Positions 9,726-19,886 of a stretch of DNA of 64,000 bases are shown piece after piece. The stretch lies in NCBI GenBank assembly GCA_965206745.1, contig OZ242220.1, positions 1,728,001-1,792,000 of the forward strand. Reading direction: 5' to 3'. Position numbers and translations under genes: made by a program. Source of the DNA: Nitrosopumilus sp. GTDB lineage: Archaea; Thermoproteota; Nitrososphaeria; Nitrososphaerales; Nitrosopumilaceae. How positions within the stretch are numbered: the first letter of the stretch is position 1; every line of letters begins with the position of its first letter. Below the pieces are notes generated by a model. That model was given only the letters and a program-made list of their open reading frames with translations. It did no database searches and had not been told where the DNA came from.

Positions 9726-11723
9726 CTAGTCTGTGATTCTTTCACATTTGTCAGGTTTTAACAATATCAGGTTATAATCAAAGTCGTAACATTCTAACTT
9801 TATTTGTCCATTCTCATGGTAATGTTTGTAGTATTCCTTGATCTCATCATATTCATTATCTTCAGATGCAAGATATTTCACTTCAGTGTTTACATTTCCA
9901 TTTTCATAATAGATTTTGCCTAGGTAAGATTGTGAACTCCAACTTGCATAATATGTCCGAATGAGTTCACTTGATAATTCCCCATTATCATACCAGTTAC
10001 GCTGGAATTTTGTTTGTCCATTTTCGTGCCATTCTCCCTCACGTGATAACTGTCCATCTTCATTCCACCGTTTGTCAGATTTTATAAATCCGTTATCACC
10101 GTCATGATAATGAGTTTCCTGTTCCAAATTTCCATTTCCAAGCAGACTGTATTTTTTTTGGGTTTTTGGATTTCCGTTTTCATGGTACCACTTTTCATCT
10201 ATCAAATTTCCATTTTCATGGTAATGGGATTCAAAGAGATCCTTTGTTGATGTGTCTGTGATTGGTTTTATAGCAGGTATTGGTTTAGCTGCTCCTGGCT
10301 GTTCCTGTATTTTTGATTGTAAATGGGTCAGGGCATACTCTGGGATGTCAATGTTTTCATACCAGTCCTCCTCATAGATTAAATCCAGATGATGTTCAAA
10401 AAAGATGATCTCACCTTTCAGTGCTTCTATATTTACATATATTGTATGATTCCGACCGCCATCAGGCTCAACACAACGACCTACGTTTATAGTGCTAAAC
10501 ATAGTGCCGGCAAATACATCTAGTCGACCTGAATGGCCTGTCAAAGGATGTTCCTCAAACGATACGCAATATTCGGGATTAAGTAAATGCATGTGGTTTT
10601 TTACAAATTCGTGTGCACGTCTTTCCCGTTCAGCCCCACTTAGGACTAACTGGTAAAGCGATTCTACATTATTTGTCCAGCCATGAAAGACTATTCTTAT
10701 AGAAGGTTTGTCATCAGAGTTTACCCAATCAAAGGCAGTTACTGGTTTTATTCCTCCACGGACCTCAATCCTTTCACCTAGGGGATCACGTATGTCAGAA
10801 TTATGGAATCCGGCCTTTTCCATAAGCGAGGTGATAAATGCTTCTCGTTGATCAGGTGACATACGTTTGGATATGCCATAGGTTAGACCGTTTATTGCAT
10901 GTGGTGCATCGATATCAAATCTTGCTTCAAAAGACGCATGTTTCTTGCTCAGTGAAAACTCGTTACCTTTTTCTGTATGGTACAGATAACCACCATTAGA
11001 TTCTGCAGACGGTCTAAACATATTGGTGCCTTGCTCAGGTATGCGACATTTACCAGAAGCAACGCATGGGAATGATGATGAGTGGTCTATGAATGTTATT
11101 TTATCATCATTGGCTTCTGCTATGCGTTGCATTACAATTTCGGCATCTGCAAATGGCATGGGAAACCACACCGCATCAGGGTCTGGCAGCTTTGGGGCAT
11201 ACTTTGTGGTTATATGGCCACCAGCTAGTAGATACGCGATATCATTTTCAGGGGAAGATTCTGCTCGGGGTGCTGTTGTGTCAAGGGGTGCTGTTGTGTC
11301 AAGGGGTGCTGTTGTGTCAAGGGGTGCTGTTGTGTCAAGGGGTGCTGTTGTGTCAAGGGGTGCTGTTGTGTCAAGGGGTGCTGTTGTGTCAAGGGGTGCT
11401 GTTGTGTCAAGGGGTGCTGTGTTAGGGGGTGCTGCTGTGTCAAGGGGTTCTGCAATGTCGGATATCCCTTGAGGTTCAGGGGTTGGCTCGACTTGTATAA
11501 TGCTCCATCCCCGCACAAGGAGTCTTTCCAAAGTGGGATCAAAGACGCATGCAGGCTTGCCTACAGGTGACTGTATGAGGGTCTTTTCCTCACTGCATTG
11601 AATCTGGTTTATGGGAGTACCGTTTTTGAGTTGTTCCCGCGGCGATGATTCGGCATATGCCGGGGCAACCATCATTCCTACAAATAGCACTGCAAAGAGT
11701 GCCAGCATTGCATTTCTAGCCAA
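9726..11723 (-). CDS. Exported protein with APLDTT linker repeats and C-terminal MORN-variant/YwqK-like repeats
   Basis: Signal peptide (AYA site), SPREQL...C...C N-domain, YHENG/WYDNG repeats. Confidence 0.85.
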   Translation of the reverse strand: MARNAMLALFAVLFVGMMVAPAYAESSPREQLKNGTPINQIQCSEEKTLIQSPVGKPACVFDPTLERLLVRGWSIIQVEPTPEPQGISDIAEPLDTAAPPNTAPLDTTAPLDTTAPLDTTAPLDTTAPLDTTAPLDTTAPLDTTAPLDTTAPRAESSPENDIAYLLAGGHITTKYAPKLPDPDAVWFPMPFADAEIVMQRIAEANDDKITFIDHSSSFPCVASGKCRIPEQGTNMFRPSAESNGGYLYHTEKGNEFSLSKKHASFEARFDIDAPHAINGLTYGISKRMSPDQREAFITSLMEKAGFHNSDIRDPLGERIEVRGGIKPVTAFDWVNSDDKPSIRIVFHGWTNNVESLYQLVLSGAERERRAHEFVKNHMHLLNPEYCVSFEEHPLTGHSGRLDVFAGTMFSTINVGRCVEPDGGRNHTIYVNIEALKGEIIFFEHHLDLIYEEDWYENIDIPEYALTHLQSKIQEQPGAAKPIPAIKPITDTSTKDLFESHYHENGNLIDEKWYHENGNPKTQKKYSLLGNGNLEQETHYHDGDNGFIKSDKRWNEDGQLSREGEWHENGQTKFQRNWYDNGELSSELIRTYYASWSSQSYLGKIYYENGNVNTEVKYLASEDNEYDEIKEYYKHYHENGQIKLECYDFDYNLILLKPDKCERITD
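11269..11420. repeat. 18-bp coding VNTR, 8 copies
   Basis: ggtgctgttgtgtcaagg x8 encoding APLDTT. Confidence 0.95.
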
Positions 11724-11769
11724 TACAGATTTGTAAGATCTATGGTATTAAAGCAAGGCGAAGCTAAAA

Positions 11770-11867
11770 TCGTATGAGGTCAGATATTCAAAAAAAACTA
11801 GGCGTGAGAATGTTTCTGACAGTGTTGATTCGTGCCTGACTAAAAGGTATAGTGGACCCCATACGAA
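11770..11867. mobile_element. MITE-like element, copy B
   Basis: tcgtatgaggtcagata...ccccatacgaa, near-identical to copy A. Confidence 0.7.
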
Positions 11868-11921
11868 ATGAGATCTCAGTTTTGCACTATGGATTTTTGT
11901 ATGCAAGTTATAATTTAACAT

Positions 11922-13940
11922 CTAGTCTGTGATTCTTTCACATTTGTCAGGTTTTAACAATATCAGGCTATAATCAAAGTCGTAACATTCTAACTTTATT
12001 TGTCCATCCTCATGGTAGTGTTTATAGTATTCTTTGGTCATGTGATTCTCCGATCTAACATATTTCACTTCAGTGTTTACATTTCCATTTTCATAATAGA
12101 TTTTGACTAGATGAGATTGTGATTTCCAATTTTCATCCCATGTCCGAATGACGTCACTTGATAATTCCCCATTATCATACCAGTTACGCTGAAATTTTGT
12201 TTGTCCATTTTCATGCCATTCTCCCTCACTTGATAACTGTCCAACTTCATTCCACCGTTTGTCAGATTTTATAAATCCGTTATCACCATCATGATAATGA
12301 GTTTCCTGTTCCAAATTTCCATTTCCAAGCAGACTGTATTTTTTTTGGGTTTTTGGATTTCCGTTTTCATGGTACCATTTCTCATCTATCAAATTTCCAT
12401 TTTCATGATAACGGGATTCAAAGAGATCTTTTACTATTGATGTGTCTGTGATTGGTTTTATAGCAGGTATTGACTTGGCTGTTCCTGGCTGTTCCTGTAT
12501 TTTTGATTGTAAATGGGTCAGGGCGTACTCTGGGATGTCAATTTTTTCATACCAGTCCTCCTCATAGATTAAATTCAAATGATGTTTAAAAAAGACGATC
12601 TCACCTTTCAGTGTTTCTATATTTACATATATTTGATGATTCCGACCACCATCAGGCTCAACACAACGACCTACGTTTACGGTGCTAAACATAGTGCCAG
12701 CAAATACATCTAGTGTACCTGAACGGCCTGACAAAGGATGTTCCTCAAATGATACGCAATATTCGGGATTAAGTAGATGCATATGGTTTTTTACAAATTC
12801 GTGTGCACGTCTTTCCAGTTCAGCCCCATTTAGAGTTGACTGGAAAAGTGGTTCTGCATTATTTGTCCAGCCATCAAAGACTATTCTTGTAGAAGGTTTG
12901 TCATCAGAGTTTACCCAATCAAAGGCAGTTACTGATTTTATTCCTCCATAGACATCAACTCTTTCACCTAAGGGATTATGTATGTCAGAATTATGGAATC
13001 CGGCCTTTTCCATAAGCGAGGTGATAAACGCTTCTCGTTGATCAGGTGACATACGTTTGGATATGCCATATGTTATACCGTTTATTGCATGTGGTGCGTC
13101 GATATCAAAGCTTGCCTCAAAAGATGCATGTTTCTTGCTCAGTGAAAACTCGTTACCTTTTTCTGTATGGTACAGATAACCACCATTAGATTCTGCAGAC
13201 GGTCTAAACATATTGGTGCCTTGCTCAGGTATGCGACATTTGCCAGAAGCAACGCATGGGAATGATGATGAGTGGTCTATGAATATTATTTTATCATCAT
13301 TGGCTTTTGCTATGCGTTGCATTACAATTTCAGCATCTGCAAATGGCATGGGAAACCACACCGCATCAGGGTCTGGCAGCTTTGGGGCATACTTTGTGGT
13401 TATATGGCCACCAGCTAGTAGGTACGCGATATCATTTTCAGGGGAAGATTCTGCTCGGGGTGCTGTTGTGTTAGGGGGTGCTGTGTCAAGAGGTGCTGTG
13501 TCAAGAGGTGCTGTGTCAAGAGGTGCTGTGTCAAGAGGTGCTGTGTCAAGAGGTGCTGTGTCAAGAGGTGCTGTGTCAAGAGGTGCTGTGTCAAGAGGTG
13601 CTGTGTCAAGGGGTGCTGCTGTGTTAGGGGGTGCTGTGTCAAGAGGTGCTGTTGTGTCAAGGGGTTCTGCAATGTCGGATATCCCTTGAGGTTCAGGGGT
13701 TGGCTCGACTTGTATGATGCTCCATCCCCGCACAAGGAGTCTTTCCAAAGTGGGATCAAAGACGCATGCAGGCTTGCCTACGGGTGACTGTATGAGGGTC
13801 TTTTTCTCACTGCACTGAATCTGGTTTATGGGAATGCCGTCTTTGAGTTGTTCCCGTGGCGATGATTCGGCATATGCTGGAATAATCATCATTCCTACAA
13901 ATAGCACTGCAAAGAGTGCCAGCATTGCATTTCTAGCCAA
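11922..13940 (-). CDS. Paralog of 9726-11723 (APLDT linker, MORN-variant repeats)
   Basis: Highly similar protein over its full length. Confidence 0.85.
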   Translation of the reverse strand: MARNAMLALFAVLFVGMMIIPAYAESSPREQLKDGIPINQIQCSEKKTLIQSPVGKPACVFDPTLERLLVRGWSIIQVEPTPEPQGISDIAEPLDTTAPLDTAPPNTAAPLDTAPLDTAPLDTAPLDTAPLDTAPLDTAPLDTAPLDTAPLDTAPPNTTAPRAESSPENDIAYLLAGGHITTKYAPKLPDPDAVWFPMPFADAEIVMQRIAKANDDKIIFIDHSSSFPCVASGKCRIPEQGTNMFRPSAESNGGYLYHTEKGNEFSLSKKHASFEASFDIDAPHAINGITYGISKRMSPDQREAFITSLMEKAGFHNSDIHNPLGERVDVYGGIKSVTAFDWVNSDDKPSTRIVFDGWTNNAEPLFQSTLNGAELERRAHEFVKNHMHLLNPEYCVSFEEHPLSGRSGTLDVFAGTMFSTVNVGRCVEPDGGRNHQIYVNIETLKGEIVFFKHHLNLIYEEDWYEKIDIPEYALTHLQSKIQEQPGTAKSIPAIKPITDTSIVKDLFESRYHENGNLIDEKWYHENGNPKTQKKYSLLGNGNLEQETHYHDGDNGFIKSDKRWNEVGQLSSEGEWHENGQTKFQRNWYDNGELSSDVIRTWDENWKSQSHLVKIYYENGNVNTEVKYVRSENHMTKEYYKHYHEDGQIKLECYDFDYSLILLKPDKCERITD
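13477..13615. repeat. 15-bp coding VNTR, 9 copies
   Basis: ggtgctgtgtcaaga x9 encoding APLDT. Confidence 0.95.
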
Positions 13941-14451
13941 TACAGATTTGTAAGATCTATGGTATTAAAGCAAGGCGAAGCTAATGTATGGTCACAGTTA
14001 ATGGATCATAATGCTTGTCGATAAGATTGTGAGAACAGGCAAGCCTCATATGAAATTTCTGATCCCCCAGATTCCCAGCATCCCCAATCTCTCTTCTGGG
14101 AATGCATGGATTTGAAAATTTTGCAATGATTTTACACGTCAAATGACGGGATTTCATCCTTGAAATGTGTCTTGTAGATAACCAGCACTCTGAACCATCA
14201 GGCAGGATACTCCCCGAATACGAGGCAGGCTATTGGGAGGACCGTACATGAGTATTTTCAGTATAGTCTATCAAGTTGCCATACTCATCATACTCTTTTG
14301 TGGATTCCAGATTTCCGTATTCGTCAAATTGGGATTCGGATTCTAGATGTCCATCGATGTAATGTTTTTCTGATTTGGAATGTCTGTTCTCGGAAAATTG
14401 AGATTCATGTTTTAGATGTCCATCGGTATAATATTTTATTGATTTGTGATA

Positions 14452-16500
14452 TCAGTTTTCAAAATATTGATCTTCTTTTAGCTCTCCGCTGTTCAAATTA
14501 CTGAGTTGTGATTTTAGATTTCCGTTCTCGTGATACTCGTAGTGTATCTCTTCTTCTAGTTGTCCGTTGACATAGTGTTTTTTGGATTTGAGGTTTTGGT
14601 TCTCGTCATAGTATAGTTCCTGTAGTTGTCCGTTCATATGCTGTTTTACAGATTTGAGGTTTTGGTTCTCATACTCGTAGTCAATTGAAAAGTTTAGTTC
14701 TCCGTCCACATAGTGTTCTACGGATTTGGTACTTTGGTTTTCATAATATCCAATAACATATCGAACTGGGCTGCCCATATGATGCTTGTAGTGTATCTCT
14801 TGCTTTAGTTGTCCGTTGCTATAATATTTATAGGATTTTAGGTTTTGGTTCTCGTCATAGTGTTGTTCCTGTAGTTGTCCCTGTAGTTGTCCGCCCCCAT
14901 AGCGCTTTTTGGATTTGAGATGGTGGTTCTCGTCATACTCGTAGTCTATCTCTTGTTCTGGTTGTCCGTTGATATAATATTTATAGGATTTTAGGTTTTG
15001 GTTCTCGTCATAGTGTTGTTCCCGTAGTTGTCCGTTCATATGCCATTTTGAAGATTTGAGGTTTTGGTTCTCGTCATACTCGTAGTGTATCTCTTGTTCT
15101 AGTTGTCCGTCCACATAGTGTTTTCCAGATTTTAGATTTTTGTTCTCATACTCGTAGTATGTCTCACCTTTTAGTTCTCCATCCACATAGTGTTTTACGG
15201 ATTTTGGATTTTTGTTCTCATACTCGTAGTGTGTCTCACTTTCTAGCTGTCCGCCCACATAGCGTTTTACGGACTTGGTACTTTGGTTTTCATAATATTC
15301 AGCGACATATCGAATTGAGCTGTCCACATAATATTGATCAAGTTTGAAATCACCATTCTCGTCATACTCATAGTCAACTGCAAAGTTTAGTTCTCCGTCT
15401 GCATAGTGCTTTTTGGATTTGAGGTTTTGGTTCTCATACTCGTAGTGTGTCTCTCGTTCTAGTTGTCCGTTGACATATTGTTTTATGGATTTTAGATTTT
15501 GATTCTCGTCATACTCGTAGTGTGTTTCAATTACTTGTGGTCTATCCACATAGCGTTTTTCGAATTTGAGGTTTTGGTTCTCGTCATACTCGTAGGCAAT
15601 TGAAAAATTTAGTTCCCCGTCCACATAGTGTTTTTCGAATTTGAGGTTTTGGTTCTCGTCATACTCGTAGTGTCTCTCTTCTTCTAGTTGCCAGTTGACA
15701 TGATGTTTTTCGGATTTTAGATTTTGATTCTCGTCATACTCATAGTGTATCTTCTTTACTAGCTGGCCGATTACATAGTGTTTTTCGGATTTGAGGTTTT
15801 GGTTCTCGTCATAGTGTAGTTCCTTCACTAGTCCGTTTTCATCAAATTGAGATTCAGATTTTAGATGTCCATCGGCATAATGTTTTACTGATTTACGATA
15901 TTCGTTCTCATAAGATTGGGGTTTCGTCATATTTTCGTTGAAAAGATCAATGAATGGTAATTTTAGATATTCGTTCTCATACTTGTAGTGTGTCTCCCTT
16001 TCTAGCTGTCCGTCCACATAACGTTTTACGGATTTGGTACTTTGGTTTTCATAATATTCAGTAACATATCGAACCGATCTGTCCACATGATACTCGTCAA
16101 GTTTAAAGTCGCCGTTCTCGCGATACTCGTAGTTAAATGAAAATTTTAGTTCTCCGTCCACATAGTGCTTTTTGGATTTGAGATTATCATTCTCATACTC
16201 GTAGTGTGTTTCACTATCTGGCTGCCCGTCTAGATAATATTTTCTGAATTTCAAATATTCGTTGCTGTCATAGTGCTGTTCCTCCACTAGTTGTCCGTTC
16301 TCGTCATAATAGAATTTTAATTTCATATTTCCATCCTTGTCATATTGGATCAGTTGCGAGTATTCGTCTCCATAATACGTCTCAAGTGGCTCATTGACTG
16401 GAGATATTTCTGCAAGTACAGAGGGAATCATCAAAGGGAGCAGGGCTACTAGGGCCAGTAATAGGAGAACTGATCTTTTCAACAGTGTACAATAGGGCAA
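14452..16500 (-). CDS. Exported MORN-variant/YwqK-like repeat protein; frame continues past the TGA to 14230
   Basis: Signal peptide followed by many YDENQNLKSxKHYVDGQL-type repeats. Confidence 0.85.
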   Translation of the reverse strand: MPYCTLLKRSVLLLLALVALLPLMIPSVLAEISPVNEPLETYYGDEYSQLIQYDKDGNMKLKFYYDENGQLVEEQHYDSNEYLKFRKYYLDGQPDSETHYEYENDNLKSKKHYVDGELKFSFNYEYRENGDFKLDEYHVDRSVRYVTEYYENQSTKSVKRYVDGQLERETHYKYENEYLKLPFIDLFNENMTKPQSYENEYRKSVKHYADGHLKSESQFDENGLVKELHYDENQNLKSEKHYVIGQLVKKIHYEYDENQNLKSEKHHVNWQLEEERHYEYDENQNLKFEKHYVDGELNFSIAYEYDENQNLKFEKRYVDRPQVIETHYEYDENQNLKSIKQYVNGQLERETHYEYENQNLKSKKHYADGELNFAVDYEYDENGDFKLDQYYVDSSIRYVAEYYENQSTKSVKRYVGGQLESETHYEYENKNPKSVKHYVDGELKGETYYEYENKNLKSGKHYVDGQLEQEIHYEYDENQNLKSSKWHMNGQLREQHYDENQNLKSYKYYINGQPEQEIDYEYDENHHLKSKKRYGGGQLQGQLQEQHYDENQNLKSYKYYSNGQLKQEIHYKHHMGSPVRYVIGYYENQSTKSVEHYVDGELNFSIDYEYENQNLKSVKQHMNGQLQELYYDENQNLKSKKHYVNGQLEEEIHYEYHENGNLKSQLSNLNSGELKEDQYFEN

Positions 16501-16828
16501 TACTCAATTTAAGAATTGACTCAATGGAGTAGCGTTTGCATCAATTCAAGTCTTGCAATACCGGAGAATCATCAGGATAAAAGTTTCTTTGGTGTATGGC
16601 AATTACCTGAAAGTTGAAAAGATCAATGTTTTTCATATTCATGTATCCAGTCACCTGCCACAGGTTATCAGACAAGACGAGTAACCAGAAGACAGTTCTT
16701 GGTACAAAACAAATACCAGAAACGCTACACTGCTGCCAACATACAGTGGGATGCAGACATGAGTCAGACAAGAATCCAAAGACCCTGCTGCACAATCACT
16801 GCAAGAACGACAAAACAGGTGCCAGTCC

Positions 16829-17281
16829 CTATTGCTTGTACAGCCTTGTCGCCTTTACGGTAAGATTCAGCACCGCCATGTAGATGACTGTAGAGATACC
16901 CTGCGATACAATTGATGCCATGTACGGATCATACTGTGCCGTCAAAAGATAGTACTGCAGTACCCACCTCAACACGGTATAGATGATCTCGGCTATTCCA
17001 AGGGAGGTGATCAGCTTTTTCAGGTCGCGCCTCAGCCTTGCAGTGTCCGTCCCGCCAGATTCCAGCCGGTATTTTTTCCTGTTGTCGATATAGAACATAC
17101 AGCTAAAGACTGAAAAGTAAACGGCATAGTCTGCAACTGTCGTGTATGTGGTGTTTAGATAGTCGGGCTGATCAGATAGGGCCTGTGCTATGAGAGCCGA
17201 GGTCACTATTGACGCTGCAAGTGCAATGAGAACGTTCTTGTTTAGTTTGAGGTACTGCTCCAACACATTCCAAACCCCCAA
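16829..17281 (-). CDS. Hypothetical membrane protein
   Basis: Four hydrophobic segments; core-like codon usage. Confidence 0.7.
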   Translation of the reverse strand: MGVWNVLEQYLKLNKNVLIALAASIVTSALIAQALSDQPDYLNTTYTTVADYAVYFSVFSCMFYIDNRKKYRLESGGTDTARLRRDLKKLITSLGIAEIIYTVLRWVLQYYLLTAQYDPYMASIVSQGISTVIYMAVLNLTVKATRLYKQ

Positions 17282-17296
17282 TCCATTACAAATAAA

Positions 17297-17581
17297 CTAG
17301 TCCAGGGCAATCTTGAGAAACATTATCAGTCCTGCAAGCTCTGCAATGCCGACTCCCAGCATGTACGGGAATATGTCGTGTGAAAAGATCTCATCCATCG
17401 AGAAATAGGCCAGTGCCCCCATGATGTTATGCAAGAACAGCATGCCTGCCACCACTATCATGCCCAAGGGAAGCTGGGCCTGGGTCTTTTGATACATTTT
17501 GGCAAATACGCAGATCAGAATTCCAAGTATGCCCATGTTTGCAATGGATACGACAGACAGCACTAGAGAGGTGGGCTCCAT
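17297..17581 (-). CDS. Small 3-TM membrane protein
   Basis: Hydrophobic ORF co-oriented downstream of the wHTH gene. Confidence 0.75.
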   Translation of the reverse strand: MEPTSLVLSVVSIANMGILGILICVFAKMYQKTQAQLPLGMIVVAGMLFLHNIMGALAYFSMDEIFSHDIFPYMLGVGIAELAGLIMFLKIALD

Positions 17582-17605
17582 TAGAATAAAACACCTCGAA
17601 TTCTC

Positions 17606-17908
17606 TTATTTACTTTTATCCAATTTTCTCTCAATTTCTTCAAATGCCTCCATGTTGACTTCAAGGAAGGTTGAGATAAAATAGGTCACATTGTATCTCT
17701 CCCCTACCTTGCTTACCATGTTGTTTTTTTCCAGCACGCGTATATGGTGCTGGATGGCCTTGTAGTCAAGGCCCAGCTCCCGTGCAAGCTGGTTTATGTT
17801 AAACGGGTTCTCCCCTAGCTTGGAGATTATCCTTAGTCGGTTCAGGCCGCCCCGTGAGCCTGCAAACACAAACCACAGGAGTCTCTTTGCGTCAGGATCA
17901 TTGGCCAT
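17606..17908 (-). CDS. ArsR-like winged-helix transcriptional regulator
   Basis: LLWFVFAGSRGGLNR...NINQLARELGLDYKAIQHHIRVLEKNN; start set at MANDP. Confidence 0.85.
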   Translation of the reverse strand: MANDPDAKRLLWFVFAGSRGGLNRLRIISKLGENPFNINQLARELGLDYKAIQHHIRVLEKNNMVSKVGERYNVTYFISTFLEVNMEAFEEIERKLDKSK

Positions 17909-17995
17909 AAGTTGTTTAAATTTCTCCGTATTTACTACTAAAAGGATTCGGAGACACAAGTAGAAGGTATAAAAAACATAGTCAGGCAAATTCCA

Positions 17996-18889
17996 GTGAA
18001 CCAAAAAATGATGCTAAACTATGACGCCCCGCTGTACAGGCCGCCATCAGAGGCCAAATCACTTATCTTTCAGGTGACGCTGGGATGCTCGTTTAACGAG
18101 TGCTCGTTTTGCGACATGTACAGATCAAAAGAGTACTCGGAGAGGCCCTGGGAGCAGCTCAAAGAAGAGATCGACATGATGGCAGGCTACCTTCCAGACA
18201 CCAAGAGGGTGTTTCTTGCAGACGGGGATGCACTAAACGTCGACTCCCAGTACATGATCAAGGTTGTAAGGTACATCAGGGAAAAGTTCCAGGGCATCCA
18301 GAGGATTTCCTGCTATGCAATGCCCATGAACATACTGAAAAAGACGCCAGAGGAGCTAAAGATGATGAACGATGCGGGCCTTGACATGTTTTATCTCGGG
18401 ATTGAGAGCGGTTCTGATACCGTCTTAAAAAAAGTCACAAAGGGGGCAGTCGCAAAGACGATCGTCAAGTCAGTGAAGAAGGCAAAGGAGGCAGGATATG
18501 TAATGTCGTGCATGGTAATCTTGGGGCTGGGCGGAAAGGCATACTCGGAGGACCACATCAGTGGAACTGCCAGAGTCATCAGTGAGTGCTCGCCGGACTA
18601 TGTCGGCGCCCTGACACTATACCTGGAGAACGGGATCAAGGAGGAGTTTATCAGCAAGTACGAGGGCCAGTTTGCAAAGATCAGCGACGAGGAGTCACTG
18701 GAGGAGCTGTACAATTTGATAGACCAGATTGACACAAGAGAGGAGATCGTCTTTAGGGTAAACCACGGCTCAAACGCATACAGCGTAAAGGGAACGTTCC
18801 CACAGGACAAGCAGGAGATGCTAGAAAAGGTCACATGGATGAGGCAGCATCCGGAGACTGCGCGTCCAGAGGGACTCCGAGGATTCTAG
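17996..18889 (+). CDS. Radical SAM protein
   Basis: CxxxCxxC (CSFNECSFC), YRPPSE, FLADGDAL, GIESG. Confidence 0.9.
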   Translation: MNQKMMLNYDAPLYRPPSEAKSLIFQVTLGCSFNECSFCDMYRSKEYSERPWEQLKEEIDMMAGYLPDTKRVFLADGDALNVDSQYMIKVVRYIREKFQGIQRISCYAMPMNILKKTPEELKMMNDAGLDMFYLGIESGSDTVLKKVTKGAVAKTIVKSVKKAKEAGYVMSCMVILGLGGKAYSEDHISGTARVISECSPDYVGALTLYLENGIKEEFISKYEGQFAKISDEESLEELYNLIDQIDTREEIVFRVNHGSNAYSVKGTFPQDKQEMLEKVTWMRQHPETARPEGLRGF

Positions 18890-19350
18890 ACCAGGTTTTC
18901 CTGGGACTTGTACACCACTTTGAAGATCTTGACTAGATAGTCGCCATCAAATATCCTCGTTGTAATGCCGTCATCAGAGTTTAGCACCCTGAATTTGTAC
19001 TGGTAGGTGCCATCAGGACTGACATCTGCCTGGGCAAAGTGAACGGCCTCCTCGCCTCTGAAAATTTGTATAATTACAGGATAGCCATCTACGGGGTCTG
19101 CAATCTTTCCTTCAACATACGCCCAAGGTATGGTGCTGTCTTTGGGGGAATGAAAGAGGAGTGTCGACTGCTCAAGGTTAGTCGTCTGGGTCAGCGGGCT
19201 GGTTTGAGTCTGGGGCGTGTGCGTGTGGCCGTTGATGAGGACCTGGCCAGTATGCGGATGCGCAGAGGCAGAACCCAGTGAGAGTGACAGAAGAATGGTA
19301 AAAGCCAGAATGCCTGAGAATACTAGTTTGTCCATATCAGGGTATGACAT
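18886..19350 (-). CDS. Hypothetical exported protein
   Basis: Signal peptide ending SA-HPH; Ig-like GYPVIIQIF...DGDYLVKIFK. Confidence 0.7.
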   Translation of the reverse strand: MSYPDMDKLVFSGILAFTILLSLSLGSASAHPHTGQVLINGHTHTPQTQTSPLTQTTNLEQSTLLFHSPKDSTIPWAYVEGKIADPVDGYPVIIQIFRGEEAVHFAQADVSPDGTYQYKFRVLNSDDGITTRIFDGDYLVKIFKVVYKSQENLV

Positions 19351-19374
19351 GTGCTAGTTTAAGAATTTTTCAAG

Positions 19375-19626
19375 CTAGAGACTATCAACTATTAACTTGA
19401 GGTTCTCTGGGAGATCGGGCAGCTCTGTGTGGCTCTCGTTGTTTTGCAGGATCTCGGGGCCTATGCGTCTGACCCGCTGTGTCCCAATAAGGGTGTCAAT
19501 GTTTCTCATGATGTCTTTCTCAGAGAGTACAGCCCTTAGTTTTTCGGTAACGACCCCCTCGTTTTCGTACTTTTTGATCCCGTACTGAACCAGGATGGTC
19601 TTCTCCTCAGATGAGAACTCTGTCAT
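19375..19626 (-). CDS. Conserved hypothetical protein
   Basis: MTEFSSEEK start; core-like codon usage; the longer ORF-track extension is unlikely. Confidence 0.65.
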   Translation of the reverse strand: MTEFSSEEKTILVQYGIKKYENEGVVTEKLRAVLSEKDIMRNIDTLIGTQRVRRIGPEILQNNESHTELPDLPENLKLIVDSL

Positions 19627-19886
19627 GTCTTTGAGAGGCAGGTCTGGTGGTAATAATCTTTGGTCAACAGACGCACTACCAGTTGTACGAGTATCAGCAG
19701 GCCTGCATTTCAGGTGACGGCAGGCAAGAGAATTGCATGTCGCACTAGAACTTGTCCTTTGAATCAGATTAGATACGATTGCAAGATGATGGAGCCGCCA
19801 AAGGAGTAATGGTACAATCAGACATCTCTTGACAAAGACCCGTGTATTTTGGCAGGTGACATATACACAAAAAAATTGCACAGGCA

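Larger units (their letters stand above)
9575..13984. repeat. Tandem duplication, two ~2.2-kb units (9575-11769, 11770-13984)
   Basis: Both units begin with the MITE-like element, end in gcaaggcgaagctaa and carry near-identical genes. Confidence 0.92.

Noticed and set aside
11023-13759. Antisense and alternate-frame ORFs over the VNTRs (RGAVVS, QGVLLC, LTQQHP)
   Set aside because: By-products of stop-free tandem repeats inside real genes
9726-13940. Diversity-generating retroelement behind the paralog variation
   Set aside because: No reverse transcriptase in the window; differences include indels and do not look adenine-restricted
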